DNA of 63,987 nucleotides, the filler included, from Caldilineae bacterium (GTDB lineage Bacteria; Chloroflexota; Anaerolineae; DTLA01), in assembly GCA_037446815.1 (NCBI GenBank). It is 4 parts of 4 records of this genome, joined end to end, with 100 filler letters (N's around TTAATTAATTAA, not from the genome) between each part and the next. Parts side by side here need not be neighbours in the genome. Positions count along the whole stretch, not along the records: positions 57,583 to 63,987 come from JBBIHX010000165.1; 3 more parts are not named here. The stretch is one strand, 5' to 3'. Every line of letters begins with the position of its first letter. Within the stretch, counting starts at the first letter, position 1. The notes under the pieces are model-generated. The model saw only the letters and a program-made list of their open reading frames with translations, made no database searches and had not been told where the DNA came from. The translations under genes were made by a program, and so were the position numbers. Shown one piece after another: positions 61,434 to 63,987 of this stretch.

Positions 61434-63710
61434 CTACCGATTCGCCCGCACCGACGGCAGCCAGACCCGATACACGCGCTCCTCGGCAACCGAGTCGGGG
61501 CTGACGGCGCGGTCTGCGATCCCGTCGCCGTTGTCATCCAGAAGCAGCGTGTAGTTCGCAGCCGACACCGCGATTGCGCCCCTTGTGGCCGCGGTAACGG
61601 AAACCGCGCGATATTCAGCCGCAACGGTGGCATCGGGGGGCCTGGCGAAGGATGCAATGAGGTTAACGAGGCCCGCGCCCGTCCCTTTCAGTTCCACCGT
61701 CGCGGTGGCATCGCCCGGGTAAAGCGCGAACTTCTCGCCATCCAGCGCGAACACGTCCGCGCCCGGGATTTCGGCTACGACGGCGCCATTGTCCAGGAAA
61801 CCGGCCCGCCTACCGACGGAGTCCACAGCCCGCACGTAAGCAGGCGACCGCACGCCTACGGCGTTCACCTTGACGCCCCTGTGATTGGCGTTCTCGTTCC
61901 ACGCGCGAAGCGAAGCCCCCAAATAGTCGCCGCACGCCAGGGAGTCCTTGAACGCTTGGATTGCGGAATGCCCGACCGCCAGGATCTTCAGCGCCGTGGC
62001 ATCTCCGCCCAGGCGCGCAAGGCCGATGGCCGAGTCCACAAGGAACGCGGTAACCGCATCGGCGCAGGAATCCTCGCCGGCCGAGCACGCCACGACGATG
62101 CCGGGCACCTGGAGCGCAAAGATGTGTGTAATCAGTTTCGCGCCGTCGGTTACCTGCTTGGCGGGGGTTGCGTCCAGCAGGGCGTCCGCGATGGCGATGA
62201 GCGAGCCAATGCAGCCCTGCCAGGGCTTGGGGGGTTCCGACAGCACCACGCTCACGGTCTTGCAATTGTTCTGCGGGTTCGCTTCGGCCTCATCGGACTG
62301 GATGCAGACCCGAACTTCGTCCACCGCCGAGTCGTAGAAGGTGAAGGGATGGATGTCCAGGGCCGCGGACTCGTTGGTATCCAGGGCCTCAAGCGTGCCC
62401 GGGAATATCCACAGATACTCTGTGCCGGTGCTCGTGTCGCGCAGGGTAACGTGGGCTTGAATGCTGGTCTGGCATGAAGGCAGGCCGACGTTGCGAATGT
62501 CAATGAAGATCGCCGCGTTCTCCATGGTCTCCAACTCCGAAGGCGACACCGTGAGCGACTCCAGCGCAAAGTCGGGCCAGGATTCGCCGGCGTTGCTCTC
62601 CCACCAGGCGACCTCGCCGCCGTAGAAGTCGCCGCCGACGACGTCCGTATCCCCGTCGCCATCCACATCGGCGGGGATGGCAGACTGGCACGTGTCGCCC
62701 CCCGTAACAGGGCGCTCGGCAAATGCCAGGTTCCCATCGTTTTCCCACCAGGTGGGATATCCCGCGCCCTGCGATAGCACATCCAGGTCGCCGTCGCCGT
62801 CCATGTCCTCGGGATATGCGAAATAGGGCGATACGGTGCTGGCCGCATCTCGGCGGGAGAAGTTCTCGCGCCCATCGTTTCTCCACCAGGCGATGCGGTT
62901 GCCCGAAACGGACGCGGCGAGGATGTCCATGTCGCCGTCGGCGTCCATGTCTGCGGCGCGCGCGGAACCCGCATCCCACGCGGCAATGACGGTGTGCTGA
63001 GCGAAGGCTCCACGCCCCCTGTTCTCGCACCAGTGGATGCCGCCCCCGCGCCCCGCGGCCAGCACGTCTGGGTCGCCGTCGCCGTCCATGTCCGGCGTGG
63101 AGACCGAGCGGACTGCATCAATGCCAGACGCGAGGATGCGCCAGGTGAACCCCTGGCTGCCATCATTCTCGCCCCACTCCACCCGATCCGCTTGCGATCC
63201 GGCCGCGACGATATCCGTGTCGCCATCCGCGTCAAGGTCGGCGGCGACCACGCCGAAAGCGCCGTCCAGCGACCGCAACGTGTGCATGGTGAAGTTCTGA
63301 TGCCCGTCGTTTTCCCACCAGCCAACCCAGTCCTGCGGGTAGGCCGCCGCAAGGATGTCCACATCCCCATCGCCGTCCAAGTCGGTGGCGAAAAACGAGG
63401 TGATGTCCATCGCAAACGTGGCGTAGACCTTGTGAGTCGCGAAGGTCTGCGCGCCGTTGTTCTCCAGCCAGACGAAGTAGAAGTAGTTGGCCGTGCCGAG
63501 GGCGGCAAGGATGTCCGTGTCGCCGTCGGAGTCCACATCGGCCGCATGGAACGGCGAAGCGCCGGACATCTGCGTGGCGACGGTGTGCTTGGCGAAGACA
63601 AGCGCGCTCGCAGGGAGGACGCTTTGGGTATGGGCCGACGACAAGGGCGCGAACAGGGCGACCACAAACGCGACCGCGAGGCCGCAGCGCAGACCCCGAA
63701 GAGAACGCAT
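61434..63710 (-). CDS. secreted FG-GAP/VCBS-repeat protein with CARDB-like and helical domains
   Basis: signal peptide; seven D.D.DGD.D...W.EN.G repeats; PDF...V.P...NN; VWLPSVR at the C-terminus; GGAGG RBS. Confidence 0.85.
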   Translation of the reverse strand: MRSLRGLRCGLAVAFVVALFAPLSSAHTQSVLPASALVFAKHTVATQMSGASPFHAADVDSDGDTDILAALGTANYFYFVWLENNGAQTFATHKVYATFAMDITSFFATDLDGDGDVDILAAAYPQDWVGWWENDGHQNFTMHTLRSLDGAFGVVAADLDADGDTDIVAAGSQADRVEWGENDGSQGFTWRILASGIDAVRSVSTPDMDGDGDPDVLAAGRGGGIHWCENRGRGAFAQHTVIAAWDAGSARAADMDADGDMDILAASVSGNRIAWWRNDGRENFSRRDAASTVSPYFAYPEDMDGDGDLDVLSQGAGYPTWWENDGNLAFAERPVTGGDTCQSAIPADVDGDGDTDVVGGDFYGGEVAWWESNAGESWPDFALESLTVSPSELETMENAAIFIDIRNVGLPSCQTSIQAHVTLRDTSTGTEYLWIFPGTLEALDTNESAALDIHPFTFYDSAVDEVRVCIQSDEAEANPQNNCKTVSVVLSEPPKPWQGCIGSLIAIADALLDATPAKQVTDGAKLITHIFALQVPGIVVACSAGEDSCADAVTAFLVDSAIGLARLGGDATALKILAVGHSAIQAFKDSLACGDYLGASLRAWNENANHRGVKVNAVGVRSPAYVRAVDSVGRRAGFLDNGAVVAEIPGADVFALDGEKFALYPGDATATVELKGTGAGLVNLIASFARPPDATVAAEYRAVSVTAATRGAIAVSAANYTLLLDDNGDGIADRAVSPDSVAEERVYRVWLPSVRANR

Positions 63711-63837
63711 GGGTACCTCCTGTGCGATGAGAGTGCTGAGGCTCCATCGGGGCACGCCAGGCCTCACGCAAGCGCACGCGAGCATTATACGGCGCGCGCG
63801 CACCAGAAGCAAGAAGGGCCGCCCTACTCACGGGGTT

Positions 63838-63960
63838 GCATCCACGGATAACACGGACTGCGCGGATGGGGGTGTGGGATTCTTCTCGCCGCGGGGTATG
63901 GCGGCTGCAAGCATGCACAGGCGACCGGCCGGCCGCCCGTGCACCAAGGATAACACGGAT
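63838..63960 (+). repeat. CCACGGATAACACGGA-type repeats
   Basis: two copies matching those near 28078, 38126 and 39006. Confidence 0.6.
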
Positions 63961-63987
63961 GGGGGCAAGTAGGGCAACTTGCCAATT

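Overview
This GC-rich bacterial window is four contigs joined by artificial 100-bp N44-TTAATTAATTAA-N44 linkers: 1-19437, 19538-38599, 38700-57482 and 57583-63987. Gene content and protein style suggest an anaerobic Chloroflexota (Anaerolineae-like) MAG; that is inference. Contig 1 has a Phd-VapC toxin-antitoxin pair and a ~16.5-kb amino-acid cluster bracketed by IS remnants: M20 peptidase, PLP gamma-lyase, saccharopine-dehydrogenase-like enzyme, aspartokinase, Asd, aminotransferase, two GntR regulators, Dpp-type ABC importer, creatininase-like and aspartoacylase-like hydrolases. Its enzymes converge on aspartate semialdehyde, making it the best candidate for an undescribed pathway. Contig 2 has a collagen-stalked decaheme lipoprotein cytochrome, a PocR regulator with an FAD/Fe-S oxidoreductase, asparaginase, PolX-PHP, a Psp/Lia-like envelope-stress operon and an ABC-2 exporter. 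Contig 3 has minCDE-rodA, a radical-SAM pair, AlaX, a cold-shock protein, a DNRLRE surface protein, a 7TM sensor, an ABC transporter, mgsA, a TipA-like MerR and an M28 peptidase. Contig 4 has hemerythrin-DUF2249-cooS and an FG-GAP protein. Intergenic DNA is crowded with several REP-like palindrome families and a ~143-bp MITE with 19-bp TIRs at GANTC-like sites that carries different REP cargoes. No rRNA, tRNA or CRISPR array was found. All family calls are from motif recognition by eye, with no database searches.
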